Positions 1 to 9,583 of a stretch of 64,000 nucleotides of DNA are shown here, piece after piece. The stretch lies in the sequence record SRR20825015_191; one strand, 5' to 3'. How positions within the stretch are numbered: the stretch's first letter is position 1; each line of letters begins with the position of its first letter. The position numbers and the translations under genes are program-made. The notes beneath the pieces are model-generated. The model was not told where the DNA came from and made no database searches. It worked only from the letters and a program-made list of their open reading frames with translations.

Positions 1-25
1 GATGAAGGTGCGCTCAGGGCACGGC

Positions 26-48
26 GGCCTTGCGGAGCTCGGCCCTCC
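26..48 (-). repeat. REP-like palindrome, GGAGGG family
   Basis: Minus strand reads GGAGGGCCGAGCTCCGCAAGGCC: GGAG head plus an imperfect hairpin, same design as the copies at 8572-8630. Confidence 0.55.
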
Positions 49-86
49 GGATTGTAGCCGGTCGCGTTGAGGCCGGTCAGGAGCCC

Positions 87-575
87 TTACATCCCTTTTT
101 TCTGCAGAGCCTGACTGAGCTCCTGCATGAAGGCCTGACCGTCTTCCGGACTGGGACGATAGCCAGCCTGGGAAATTTCCGTAAATCCGGGACGGCCACT
201 GTGATCGACGATCCATTTGCCGGTCACGCCGTCACTGAAAGTCACTTCGCCGCTCGCGAGAGCGTTGGGATCAAGGGTGGCGTGGTCAACGGTTACAGTG
301 ACATTGCCGACGGGCTCCGGAGCGATCTCTTCAGCGGCGGGAGTCTCGCCTGCGGCGGGGGGAGGTGGTGGAGGAGTCTTGCTCACATCGCTGGTATCCA
401 CCTTGGGCGCGGCGTCTTTCAGAGTGAGCTCGAGATCGTCGACGAGAAAACGCACATCCATGTAGGTCATGGAAATTTCGAATTCCTCAAAAAGTTTCTT
501 TTGAACCACGGAAAGATTGTCTCCTGCGGTGACCCATTCGGCGACGGTTTGCTTTTGCTCTGGTGTAAGGCTCAT
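87..575 (-). CDS. hypothetical protein (two small domains joined by a Pro/Ala/Glu-rich linker)
   Basis: 162-aa ORF with ATG start, natural composition, PPPPPP linker; TTGAAA-16-CAAACT promoter-like motif just upstream. Confidence 0.8.
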   Translation of the reverse strand: MSLTPEQKQTVAEWVTAGDNLSVVQKKLFEEFEISMTYMDVRFLVDDLELTLKDAAPKVDTSDVSKTPPPPPPAAGETPAAEEIAPEPVGNVTVTVDHATLDPNALASGEVTFSDGVTGKWIVDHSGRPGFTEISQAGYRPSPEDGQAFMQELSQALQKKGM

Positions 576-669
576 CGAATGGGGAGTTTGGATTTCCGAT
601 CGGGGATTTCAAGCGTGCAACGAGACGTGAGTGGCTCGCGGTTCGAAAAAGCGCAGGACGAACTGAAGC

Positions 670-2052
670 TCAGCGCGAGAGCTGGTTGCGGAGAAACTCG
701 ATGCTTCCACGCATCCCGGCATCCTGTTCCATCATGTTATCCACGGCCTTGCAGGCGTGGATGACGGTGCCGTGGTCGCGCCCGCCGAAAGAATCGCCGA
801 TATCCTGCAAAGAATGCTTGGTCAGCGTGCGAGTGAGATACATCGCGATTTGACGGGGGATGGCGATATTGTTGGGCCGGCGTTTGCTGGTCATATCGCT
901 TTGGCGAATCTGAAAATGTTCGGCGACGCGTTTCTGGATCGTTTCGACAGTGAGAATATTTTGCGCCTGCTCCATGAGCACGTCCTGCAGGAGGTGTTCG
1001 GTGATCGCGAGGTCGAGGGTCTTGCCGGTGAGGGCGGCGTAGCTGCTGACTTTGATCAACGCACCTTCGAGGCGACGGATGTTCTTGGAGATATTTTGGG
1101 CGATGAAATTGATGATTTCATCAGGAATCGCGGTATTCAGGCTGGCGGCCTTGGAACGGAGAATCGCGGTGCGCGTCTCGATGTCGGGAGCCTGGATGTC
1201 GGCGGGGAGGCCCCATTCAAAACGGGAGACGAGGCGCGATTCGAGTTTTTCGATTTCGCTGGCCCGACGATCACTCGAGAGGACGATCTGTTTACCGGAT
1301 TCGAAGAGATCGTTAAAGGTGTGGAAGAATTCTTCCTGGATGCGCTCCTTGCTGGCAAGAAACTGCACGTCGTCGAGGAGCAGGATGTCGGCATTGCGGT
1401 AGCGCTGGCGGAATTTCGTCAGGCTGTTCTCCTGCAGGGCCTGAATGAATTCGTTGGTGAATTTCTCGGTGGAGAGATAACCGACGCGCGCTCCGGGGTT
1501 GGATTTGAGCATCGCGTGGCCGATGGAATGCATCAGGTGCGTCTTGCCCAAGCCGGTGTCACCGTAAAGGAAGAGGGGGTTGTAAGCCTGCGCGGGTGCC
1601 TGGGCCACGGCGAGGGCCGCGGCGTGCGCCATCTGGTTGTTTGAACCGACGACAAAGTTGTCGAACGTGTTACGGGGATTGAGCGTTCCGGTGACAGCGC
1701 CACGATCGTCGTAACGTGTCGTGCGACGGGCAGGTGTCCGGACACGCGAGGCGGGGGAGGTCTCCGGTTCGACGGATTTAACGGGCTCCGCCGGGGCATC
1801 GGTCTTACGAAGGACGACATTGACCATCCGGCCTGCATTCAGGCGCAAACGCTGGGTGATGAGGTCCAGATAGTTATCGTGGATCCAAATCGCCGCAAAG
1901 TCGTTCGGCACGCCCAGAGTGATGCTCTCCTCGCTGGATTCGAGACACATCATGGGTTCGAACCACATTTGGAAGACATCTTCCGGAAACAGCTCCTTGA
2001 AATCGCATTTTACGGTTTCCCAGACGCTGGGTGATAGGGACAAAGAAGGCAT
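670..2052 (-). CDS. dnaA: chromosomal replication initiator DnaA
   Basis: YNPLFLYGDTGLGKTHL (Walker A), LLLDDVQF, QEEFFHTFN, RLVSRFEWGL, NIRRLEGAL, and domain IV FGGRDHGTVIHA. Confidence 0.99.
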   Translation of the reverse strand: MPSLSLSPSVWETVKCDFKELFPEDVFQMWFEPMMCLESSEESITLGVPNDFAAIWIHDNYLDLITQRLRLNAGRMVNVVLRKTDAPAEPVKSVEPETSPASRVRTPARRTTRYDDRGAVTGTLNPRNTFDNFVVGSNNQMAHAAALAVAQAPAQAYNPLFLYGDTGLGKTHLMHSIGHAMLKSNPGARVGYLSTEKFTNEFIQALQENSLTKFRQRYRNADILLLDDVQFLASKERIQEEFFHTFNDLFESGKQIVLSSDRRASEIEKLESRLVSRFEWGLPADIQAPDIETRTAILRSKAASLNTAIPDEIINFIAQNISKNIRRLEGALIKVSSYAALTGKTLDLAITEHLLQDVLMEQAQNILTVETIQKRVAEHFQIRQSDMTSKRRPNNIAIPRQIAMYLTRTLTKHSLQDIGDSFGGRDHGTVIHACKAVDNMMEQDAGMRGSIEFLRNQLSR

Positions 2053-2545
2053 TATCTAGGCAAAGGTAGGGATTTATTCACATTGGTCATGAGTTGCTCT
2101 CGAAACACGCCGATGACCCTACTTGATGCCTTCTGACAGCGAAAATTTTGTGAACAGCATGCACTCGGATTGGGGGTAGGAGCTTATGGTATGTAAACCA
2201 TTGCAAACTAGGGGGTAACGTGTGGTGCCACCAGGAGGAAGGAGAGGAGTCGAAATCAACGTGGGAAAGAACAACCAGCAGAGCAGATCAAACTGGCAGG
2301 TTGTGAGTAACTGTGAACCTAAAAAGCATTTCAAGGCCAACTTCCTGACAAGTTGTTCACATTTTTTTTGAGGATAACTTTTTAGATTTTTTTGTTGCGT
2401 GGGATTGTCAGGTTTGGATCGGCCGAGCGATGCGAATGGTGTAGTTTTTTAGTGATTACGCGCTGAATCTGAGGTGTTCCATAGGTTACAATAGGGTAAC
2501 AAACTAGTGACGGCGTGAAATTCTGAATACGCTTTATGTGACGAT
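2053..2545. promoter_or_regulatory. dnaA upstream region with DnaA-box-like 9-mers; candidate oriC or dnaA autoregulatory region
   Basis: TTATTCACA 2074-2082, TGTGAACAG 2149-2157, TGTGAGTAA 2302-2310, TTGTTCACA 2353-2361, TGAGGATAA 2369-2377; T-rich tracts at ~2362-2396; 493 bp with no credible ORF. Confidence 0.65.
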
Positions 2546-4573
2546 TTAAACCGGCACAGGTTCGGTCCATTTCCCGTGTTCCTTGATCAAATCGATGAGC
2601 CGATCGTCGGCTTCGATCTGGGGAATATTATATTGGACGCACTGTTTGCCGACATAGAGGTTGATCTTGCCGGGAGCGCCGCCCACGTAACCGAAATCCG
2701 CGTCGGCCATTTCGCCGGGGCCGTTCACAATACAGCCCATGATCGCGAGCTTCACTCCTTTGAGGTGACCGGTCTTTTCGCGAATCCGTTGGGTGGTCGT
2801 TTGCAGATCGAAGAGTGTGCGGCCGCAGCTCGGACAGGCGACGAATTCCGTCTTCGAGGTGCGCGCTCCCGCGCCTTGCAGGACGTTGTAGGCGAGTTTT
2901 ACCGAACGCACCGGGTCGGCTTCGGTCTCGATGCTGATGAGATCGCCCGCGCCATCGCAGAGGAGACTGCCGGAGAGAAACGAGGCTTCGAGCAATCTCG
3001 AAAGGAAACTCGCGTCACTTTGCACAGCAGTGTGTGTCGTGTTGCGAATCCAAACCGGCGCGCGTGAGCCGATGCGAGTGAGTTGTTCGACGAGGTTGCG
3101 ATAGGCGCCGACGGCGTGCCCGGAGTCGAGATCGGTATCGGCTACGGTGAAAATGAAACCGATGTCGCCGAGTTCACGGAGCTTGTCTCCGAGTGAGGCA
3201 AAATCAGTCGCGGCGATTTGGGCGGCGATGAGATATTGATGTTCGCGTGTCCACTGAGTAAAGGAAGCGAGTTTGTCGCTGTCATCGGCGGAGAATGATC
3301 GCGCCAGCACGGTGCCCGCGGGGAGTTGAGTCGCATGGTCAGCCAGAGTTTCCAGCGTGATCGCGTCAGCCAACTCCAGCACAAGGAAGGTGTCGGCATT
3401 CGACGTGAGCAAGGCGAGGTCATCTGCACTGGTGATGGGCACGGCGATCCCTTCCACCGGAGTATCGATCAACCTCGCTACGGCGATCTGGTCACGCACG
3501 GTGGCGAGATCAGCGGCTGATGGAGCCCTTGCGATGACGGCCGGTGGCTGTTCGGGCCCAACGGTGATCTTCTCTCCGAGATGCACGAGATTGGTTTCGC
3601 GACGATTGAAATGATAGGGATCGATAGAATCCTCCTTCGTTCCGCGTGGCGGAACTTCGGAGGACAGGTCCGATTTCCGGGATGGGGACCAGAGGCTCAT
3701 TGCCTTGTCGGCGATGGTGCGGGCCACAGGCACTTCGTAAACGGAGTCTTCAGTCAGGGAGACGCGGATCGTATCGCCGAGCCCATCGAGGAGGAGTGAA
3801 CCGATGCCAATCGCGCTTTTGATCCGACCGTCCTCACCATCGCCCGCCTCGGTCACGCCGAGGTGGAGCGGATAGTGCATGTCTTCAGCCGCCATCCGTT
3901 GCACGAGCAGGCGGTAGGCTTGGATCATGACCTTCGGATTGGAGGCCTTCATCGAGAGCACGGTTTGCTTGAAACCGTGCGATTCGGCGATGCGGAGAAA
4001 TTCCAGGGCGCTTTCGACCATTCCGAGAGGCGTGTCGCCGTAACGGTTCATGATGCGATCACTCAGCGAGCCATGATTCGTGCCGATCCGCAGGGCGCGA
4101 CCGAGCTCTTTCGAACGCAACACCAGCGGCGAAAACGAATCGTGGAGGCGCTGGAGCTCACGCTCGTATTCCGCATCGGTATATTCCTGAACGGCGAATT
4201 TCTTTTTATCGGCGTAATTGCCGGGATTCACGCGCACTTTCTCGACATGCTCGACTGCTTCCATCGCGGCCGAGGGGAGAAAATGAATATCCGCGACCAG
4301 CGGGATGTTCTCAAATCCCGCGGCGGTGAACTGCTGGCGAATCGGCGCGAGGCATTTGGCGGCCGTTACGTTGGGAGCCGTCACGCGCACGATTTCGCAA
4401 CCCACCTCGGCGAGCGCGATACATTGTTTCACGGTCGCGGCGACATCCTGGGTGTCGCTCGTGGTCATCGACTGGATGCGCACGGGGTTTTGTCCGCCGA
4501 CCCCCACTCCTCCGACGACGACTTCGTGAGTGGGACGGCGAACGGTATGAAAACGTGAAGCGCAATAGGACAT
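2546..4573 (-). CDS. ispG: (E)-4-hydroxy-3-methylbut-2-enyl-diphosphate synthase, long (three-domain) form
   Basis: RIQSMTT, PLVADIHF, RVNPGN, RIGTNHGSL, YPLHLGVTEAG, GDTIRVSLT, CPSCGR and MGCIVNGPGE; large internal insertion brings it to 675 aa. Confidence 0.98.
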   Translation of the reverse strand: MSYCASRFHTVRRPTHEVVVGGVGVGGQNPVRIQSMTTSDTQDVAATVKQCIALAEVGCEIVRVTAPNVTAAKCLAPIRQQFTAAGFENIPLVADIHFLPSAAMEAVEHVEKVRVNPGNYADKKKFAVQEYTDAEYERELQRLHDSFSPLVLRSKELGRALRIGTNHGSLSDRIMNRYGDTPLGMVESALEFLRIAESHGFKQTVLSMKASNPKVMIQAYRLLVQRMAAEDMHYPLHLGVTEAGDGEDGRIKSAIGIGSLLLDGLGDTIRVSLTEDSVYEVPVARTIADKAMSLWSPSRKSDLSSEVPPRGTKEDSIDPYHFNRRETNLVHLGEKITVGPEQPPAVIARAPSAADLATVRDQIAVARLIDTPVEGIAVPITSADDLALLTSNADTFLVLELADAITLETLADHATQLPAGTVLARSFSADDSDKLASFTQWTREHQYLIAAQIAATDFASLGDKLRELGDIGFIFTVADTDLDSGHAVGAYRNLVEQLTRIGSRAPVWIRNTTHTAVQSDASFLSRLLEASFLSGSLLCDGAGDLISIETEADPVRSVKLAYNVLQGAGARTSKTEFVACPSCGRTLFDLQTTTQRIREKTGHLKGVKLAIMGCIVNGPGEMADADFGYVGGAPGKINLYVGKQCVQYNIPQIEADDRLIDLIKEHGKWTEPVPV

Positions 4574-4581
4574 GGCGGGAA

Positions 4582-4629
4582 AGACTGAAAAACTGAAAGG
4601 CTGAAGAGCTGAAAATTAGAAAGCCTGAC
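4582..4629. repeat. degenerate 8-bp tandem repeat (nnnCTGAA) x6
   Basis: agactgaa aaactgaa aggctgaa gagctgaa aattagaa agcctgac, directly upstream of the ispG start. Confidence 0.6.
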
Positions 4630-4722
4630 AGGCGACTAAAAACGCTCTGCGGAATCAATCTGTGGATGACAACTTGTCACGGATGACGTGACACGTTGGA
4701 AGCGCTCTGAAGTGGGAGAGGG

Positions 4723-6144
4723 TTACTCGACGGCCTTTTCCTTCGGAGCGGGATCGTCGGGCAGATTGTCGCGCACAATGCGGCGCACATCAAAGAAGCT
4801 CACGTAGAGGATCATCGAGAACAGCAGGATCACGAACGTGCTTTGCGTCGCCATGATGAAGTTCACCGGGAGGGCCTTCCCCCGAAGTTTTGCGATCGTG
4901 GCGAAAAGCATCTGACCGCCGTCGAGCACGGGAATCGGCAGGAGATTGAAGATCGCCAGGTTCACGTTTACCAAAATCGTGAACATTAGGATCGTGAGGA
5001 TGCCGGCTTCGGCAGCACTGTGAAAGATGCGGAAAATCCCGACCGGACCGGAAACTTTGGAGAGTCCGATATCCGAACTCGGGTGGATCAGACTGCCCAG
5101 CGTGCGCACGGTCATGACCGCGTGATTGGCGATTTGTTTAAAGGGAGAGGGATAGGTGCGGGTGAAACCGGTGGTCAGGCCAATGCCCAGCGGAGCCTTG
5201 ATCGCGTCGCCGGTGCGTTCGGGGATTGTGAGGGTGGTTGATTGGCCGTCACGCAGGACGACGGCAGTGATCGCGGCTCCCTTGGAGTCGGCGATGATAT
5301 TTTGATACACCCCGGCGTTGATGACCAGTTGGCCATTGAGGGTGCGGATCTCGTCCTTGGCTTGGAAACCGGCTTTTTCGGCGATGCTTCCTTGGGTGAC
5401 CCCCGTTACGAGGAGTTCGTAACCGGCGTCGATCCCGACCCGGCGAAATTCTTCATCACCGGAGAGGCGCGGATAAACCGAAATGGTGAGAGTCTCTCCG
5501 GCTCGATCGACCGTGAACACTGTTTTGGGGTTACCGGTCGCCGTGCGATCAGAACCGGTGACGATCGTCTGCACGATATCCATCCATTCTTTGACGGGTT
5601 GGCCGTCGATCGCGAGGATGGTGTCGCCGATTTGCAACCCGGCTTCGGCGGCGGGCGAAACGACTTGGCGGTCATCGGGGAGGGTGAGTGTCGGACTCAC
5701 GTAGCCGATTCGCGTGCTGGCGCTCATGCTGCTGGCCGGTTGGCCGACGAACCAGATGATGGTGGCGAGGCCGAGTGCGAAGAGAATATTGAAGGCGGCC
5801 CCGGCGACGAAGACCAACATCTTCGTGCCATAGGTGATCGGAGGCATCTTCTCCACATCGACATCGCTGTCGCCCTCGATTCCACGCAGATCGGCGAGTT
5901 GCGGGAGGGTCACATAGCCGCCCAGCGGCAACCAGGAGATGCGATATTCAACGCCATCCTTACCTTTCCACGAAAAGATTTTGGGTCCGAAACCAATCGA
6001 AAAGCGTTCCACATGCACCCCGCGACGTCGCGCGGCCAGAAAATGGCCCAGCTCGTGAACAAAGATTGAGCCACCGAAAAACAGCACGACCAGAAAGATC
6101 GACCAGACGTTGGAGAGAAGCGTGGGAAGGAGGTCAGGTGACAC
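4723..6144 (-). CDS. rseP: RIP metalloprotease RseP (site-2 protease with PDZ domains)
   Basis: HELGH zinc motif, FSIGFGP, LPLGGYV, PDZ-like SPAAEAGLQIGD, NLLPIPVLDGG; lies between dxr and ispG. Confidence 0.97.
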   Translation of the reverse strand: MSPDLLPTLLSNVWSIFLVVLFFGGSIFVHELGHFLAARRRGVHVERFSIGFGPKIFSWKGKDGVEYRISWLPLGGYVTLPQLADLRGIEGDSDVDVEKMPPITYGTKMLVFVAGAAFNILFALGLATIIWFVGQPASSMSASTRIGYVSPTLTLPDDRQVVSPAAEAGLQIGDTILAIDGQPVKEWMDIVQTIVTGSDRTATGNPKTVFTVDRAGETLTISVYPRLSGDEEFRRVGIDAGYELLVTGVTQGSIAEKAGFQAKDEIRTLNGQLVINAGVYQNIIADSKGAAITAVVLRDGQSTTLTIPERTGDAIKAPLGIGLTTGFTRTYPSPFKQIANHAVMTVRTLGSLIHPSSDIGLSKVSGPVGIFRIFHSAAEAGILTILMFTILVNVNLAIFNLLPIPVLDGGQMLFATIAKLRGKALPVNFIMATQSTFVILLFSMILYVSFFDVRRIVRDNLPDDPAPKEKAVE

Positions 6145-6150
6145 AGGTTA

Positions 6151-7341
6151 TTATGAGGATGAGAGGGTGGGAATGATCGCCGAGGCGATGCGCCGGGCTT
6201 CGGCATCAATCGCCAAGACCTCAGTGAGGTCGGCAGGTTCACAAATACTTAGCTTTTCCAACGTGTTATCGACAAGTCGCGGAATCGCAAGAAAGGGAAT
6301 TTGTTCGTCGAGGAAGGCCGCGACGGCGATTTCGTTGGCCGCATTGAAGATCGCCGGGGCGCATCCCCCGGCTTTCATCGTTTCCTTGGCCAATCGCAGC
6401 ATCGGGAAGCGCGCTTCGTCCACCGGACGAAACTCGAGCGAGAGCAGCTGGGTGAAATCGAGGGAGGGCTCCACCCCCGCGGCGCGATCCGGATAGAGCA
6501 GCGCGTGTTGAATCGCAAACGTCATCGAGGGTGGGCAGAGCTGCGCGAGCATCGCGCCATCCTGATATTCGACGAGACAGTGGACGATGCTCTGCGGATG
6601 CAGCACGGCATCGCATTGCTCGGGTTTCAGGTCGAAAAGACATTGGGCTTCGATCAGTTCGAGGCCCTTGTTGGCGAGGGTCGCGGAATCGACCGTGATT
6701 TTCGGGCCCATCGCCCAATTGGGATGCTTGAGCGCATCGGCGACGGTGACCTCCTTGAGCTTTTCGGCCGGCCAATCGCGAAAGGCACCACCGCTGGCCG
6801 TGAGCATGATCCGGCGCACGTCTGCTTGGGAATGGCCTTCGAGGCACTGAAACACCGCATTGTGCTCGCTATCCACCGGTAGGAGTTGCACGTCGTGCTG
6901 CTTGGCCGCAGCCATCACAAACTTACCGGCGAGCACGAGGATCTCCTTCGACGCGAGCGCGATGGTCTTTTTCGCGCTGATCGCCGCCAGAGTCGGCTCC
7001 AGTGCGGTGGTGCCAACGACGGCGACGAGCACGATGTCGGCCTCGGTGAGTTGCGCGAGTTCGATCAGGCCGGGCATCCCGGCGTGAAATTGGGTGCCCA
7101 TTGCGAAGCGACCCGATTTCTGCGCGGTGTCGCAGGCAGCTTCGTCGAAGAGGCCGACGTGCGGCACCTCATGCTGTTGGGCGATTTCCGCGAGCTTTTC
7201 CCAACCGGTGCGGGCGGCGATGCCGACGAGCTCGAGCTTGTCGGGATGCGCAGTGATCACGCGCAGGGCATTTTCACCGATCGAGCCGGTGGCGCCGAGC
7301 AGAACGACGCGTTTGCGGGTATGTGTAGGAGTTGCAGCCAC
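6151..7341 (-). CDS. dxr: 1-deoxy-D-xylulose-5-phosphate reductoisomerase
   Basis: LGATGSIG, LPVDSEHNA, LTASGGAF, HPNWAMGPKITVDSATLANKGLELIEA, HPQSIVH, NAANEIAV. Confidence 0.99.
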   Translation of the reverse strand: MAATPTHTRKRVVLLGATGSIGENALRVITAHPDKLELVGIAARTGWEKLAEIAQQHEVPHVGLFDEAACDTAQKSGRFAMGTQFHAGMPGLIELAQLTEADIVLVAVVGTTALEPTLAAISAKKTIALASKEILVLAGKFVMAAAKQHDVQLLPVDSEHNAVFQCLEGHSQADVRRIMLTASGGAFRDWPAEKLKEVTVADALKHPNWAMGPKITVDSATLANKGLELIEAQCLFDLKPEQCDAVLHPQSIVHCLVEYQDGAMLAQLCPPSMTFAIQHALLYPDRAAGVEPSLDFTQLLSLEFRPVDEARFPMLRLAKETMKAGGCAPAIFNAANEIAVAAFLDEQIPFLAIPRLVDNTLEKLSICEPADLTEVLAIDAEARRIASAIIPTLSSS

Positions 7342-7464
7342 GAAAATGGGAAGCTTGCCGGAGCTAGGCTATCTTCGGCAAGTGTTTGTCTAATCGGTGA
7401 TCCGCTAAGCGACGACTTTACTGGGGTTATTGTGCGTGGGAGGAAGAGTCTGCGCCGCTGGAGG

Positions 7465-7490
7465 GTAGGGCGAACCGTCCCGGTGAGCCG
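7465..7490 (+). repeat. REP-like palindrome, GTAG family
   Basis: GTAGGGCGAACCGTCCCGGTGAGCCG: GTAG tetranucleotide followed by an imperfect hairpin, intergenic. Confidence 0.5.
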
Positions 7491-7585
7491 CTCGCTCGCG
7501 CCAGGGTGGTTACACGCGAGTTAGCTCGCGGTCTACGTTTGGCGTCTCAAGAAAGGTCGTTTGCTTGATGGGTTTGCTGGAATGA

Positions 7586-8458
7586 TCAGCTGATGATGAA
7601 CGGCTGGGTCCAGGCGGCTTTGAGACCGTGACCAAGGCACTCGAAGCGCACGTATTTGGATTTCTCCGTGACTTCGATTTCGAGTGAAGTGCCCTCGATA
7701 TGCGTGATTTCGCGTCCCACATGGTGAAAAGCGATGATGCGATCGGCATTGGCGGCTTCGACTTTGATCCGGTTCCCAGTCACGGTGATGCTATCAATCG
7801 TCACCCCGGTCGAGCCGTAGAAACAACCGCGTCGAAACGCATCCATGATCCCGGCGACGCTGCGGTCGGTCGTGCAAACCATATTCCAACCCACGTTAAC
7901 ATCCTCGCTGAGGAGATGGCTGTCGTCGTTGGCGAAACCCCAGACACGACGGCCGGAGGAGAGCAGACGATCCCATTTATCGGTGGCGAATTGGCTGCCG
8001 TCGAGGCGGCCGATGGTCGCGTTGAAAATTTCCAGACCGAGGTAGTTCTGCCACTGAGCGAGATTCTCGAAGCTGCAGTGGTTGAAATCCTGCATCCAGT
8101 TCGGGTGATTGATGACGGCGAATCCTCCAACCTTGTTGATGTTGTCGATGATGACCTGACGGTCCTCGACCGGCTCGACAAAGGTTTCGGCGCCGACGTG
8201 AAGGAGATGCGGGCCGTTGCGGGAAACCTCGTTGCCGGGGATCAGAATCAGCCCTCGGTTGTCGATCTGGGCATAGTCTTCACCTTTGGTGACGATGTCA
8301 TGATCACTGATCATGAGAAAATCATGGCCGGCTTCGGCGTATTTATTGATGACGTCCTGAATGGGGGATTTGCCATCACTTGCGGTGGTATGGGAGTGGA
8401 GATTGCCGCGGAGTGCGGAGGCAACCGGTGCGCCCGCGTAGGGATTTTCGATATTCAT
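7586..8458 (-). CDS. PHP-domain (CehA/McbA-like) metallohydrolase
   Basis: GNLHSHTTASDG, ISDHD, GNE, NHP, EIFN and ANDDSH metal-binding motifs. Confidence 0.88.
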   Translation of the reverse strand: MNIENPYAGAPVASALRGNLHSHTTASDGKSPIQDVINKYAEAGHDFLMISDHDIVTKGEDYAQIDNRGLILIPGNEVSRNGPHLLHVGAETFVEPVEDRQVIIDNINKVGGFAVINHPNWMQDFNHCSFENLAQWQNYLGLEIFNATIGRLDGSQFATDKWDRLLSSGRRVWGFANDDSHLLSEDVNVGWNMVCTTDRSVAGIMDAFRRGCFYGSTGVTIDSITVTGNRIKVEAANADRIIAFHHVGREITHIEGTSLEIEVTEKSKYVRFECLGHGLKAAWTQPFIIS

Positions 8459-8571
8459 CGTCCCTAGAATTGAAGGGGTTTGGGGCGTTAGGCGAGCACG
8501 AGTGAGCTCAGGATAGGAAAGTTACCTGATCGTTTCTCCTGTCGGGAATATCAGATTTCGGTGAGGGGAGT

Positions 8572-8630
8572 GGAGGGACGACCTCCGCGTCGTCCGCAGC
8601 GGAAATGGTCCGCGCGGAGGCGGACCCTCC
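8572..8630. repeat. inverted REP doublet, GGAGGG family
   Basis: GGAGGGACGACCTCCGCGTCGTCC (8572-8595) and inverted GGAGGGTCCGCCTCCGCGCGGACC (8630-8607). Confidence 0.65.
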
Positions 8631-8710
8631 CATTTGGCGCGGGATGGCGATGAGGGCATTATTCGTGAAAAGGCGTGGAATTGGTATCCACTCCTGTATA
8701 TTCGGATTCG

Positions 8711-8884
8711 ATGAAACGCCCACGTCCAGTCGCTCAAAATCTCGCCTGCAAGGGCAAGCGCCGCTACCGCACCCAAGGCGATGCACTGGATGGTGCCATG
8801 TTGGCCGGTTTCGCGCGTCAGCGAAAAGCCTATGTTTGTCCGTGGTGCGGACTATGGCATCTGACGACGATCAGCGAAGATTGA
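8711..8884 (+). CDS. small putative zinc-binding protein (57 aa)
   Basis: From ATG 8711: MKRPRPVAQNLACKGKRRYRTQGDA...AYVCPWCGLWHLTT; C...YxCPxCGxWH pattern. Confidence 0.7.
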   Translation: MKRPRPVAQNLACKGKRRYRTQGDALDGAMLAGFARQRKAYVCPWCGLWHLTTISED

Positions 8885-9551
8885 GGCGGCGCAGTGATTC
8901 GCCGATGAGTATGAACCAGGCGATCAGCCCGAATCCAAAGATGGCACCGAATAAGTCGCTGTAGGGAAATACGGTGACGATACCGGACAGCCCGACGAAC
9001 AATCCCAGAGCGCCGATCCGGCGCGGGATCATCGGGGAGGACAGACCGGCCCAACTGATCAGTGCGACCCAGAGTCCGCCGACTATTTCATTTCCGCCAC
9101 CGAGACCATTGATTACGAAGTGAAGAGGCAACCAGGCGGCGATGGCCTGTTCCGGAGCGATCGAATAGGCCGTGACGATCGCCGCCGCTCCGGCGTTGGC
9201 GACCATGCCGGTGGCGATGACCAATCCGGACCAGATCAAGCCCAAGGCCGTGGCGAGTCGACACAGGAAGGAGACGTGACGTTTCAGCGTTTCGTCGAGG
9301 ACGAGTGAGACCATGAGCAGGGCCAAACCAAAGAGCACATAGATGATCAGATACCACGCGTGGAGAAGTCCCTGATAGGCGATCAAGGTGGCGACTTGCT
9401 GGGCCGGCGGAAATTCCAACCGGCCGTAGCCGCTGGAATCCCAGATCGTGAGATAGAGCGCGAATCCGATCACCAGCGTCGCCGCCGCGACGTAGGCGGC
9501 GAGGCCTCCTGATCGCAGGAGAAAGCGGAGACTCGCGGGATTGCCTTTCAT
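8871..9551 (-). CDS. DUF4386-like membrane protein
   Basis: Several hydrophobic helices and GLGGGNEIVGGLW motif; ATG at 9551 (MKGNP) preferred because it avoids overlap with the upstream gene. Confidence 0.75.
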   Translation of the reverse strand: MKGNPASLRFLLRSGGLAAYVAAATLVIGFALYLTIWDSSGYGRLEFPPAQQVATLIAYQGLLHAWYLIIYVLFGLALLMVSLVLDETLKRHVSFLCRLATALGLIWSGLVIATGMVANAGAAAIVTAYSIAPEQAIAAWLPLHFVINGLGGGNEIVGGLWVALISWAGLSSPMIPRRIGALGLFVGLSGIVTVFPYSDLFGAIFGFGLIAWFILIGESLRRLNLR

Positions 9552-9583
9552 GGTCGGGTGACGTGGATCTTCGGCATCAGTTC

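Noticed and set aside
757-1644. Long antisense and alternative-frame ORFs in the track (e.g. 757-1644, 5242-6069, 7700-8467, 12887-13705, 19498-20262, 33065-33841, 44139-44837)
   Set aside because: They are shadows of well-supported genes in high-GC DNA and carry no recognisable motifs.
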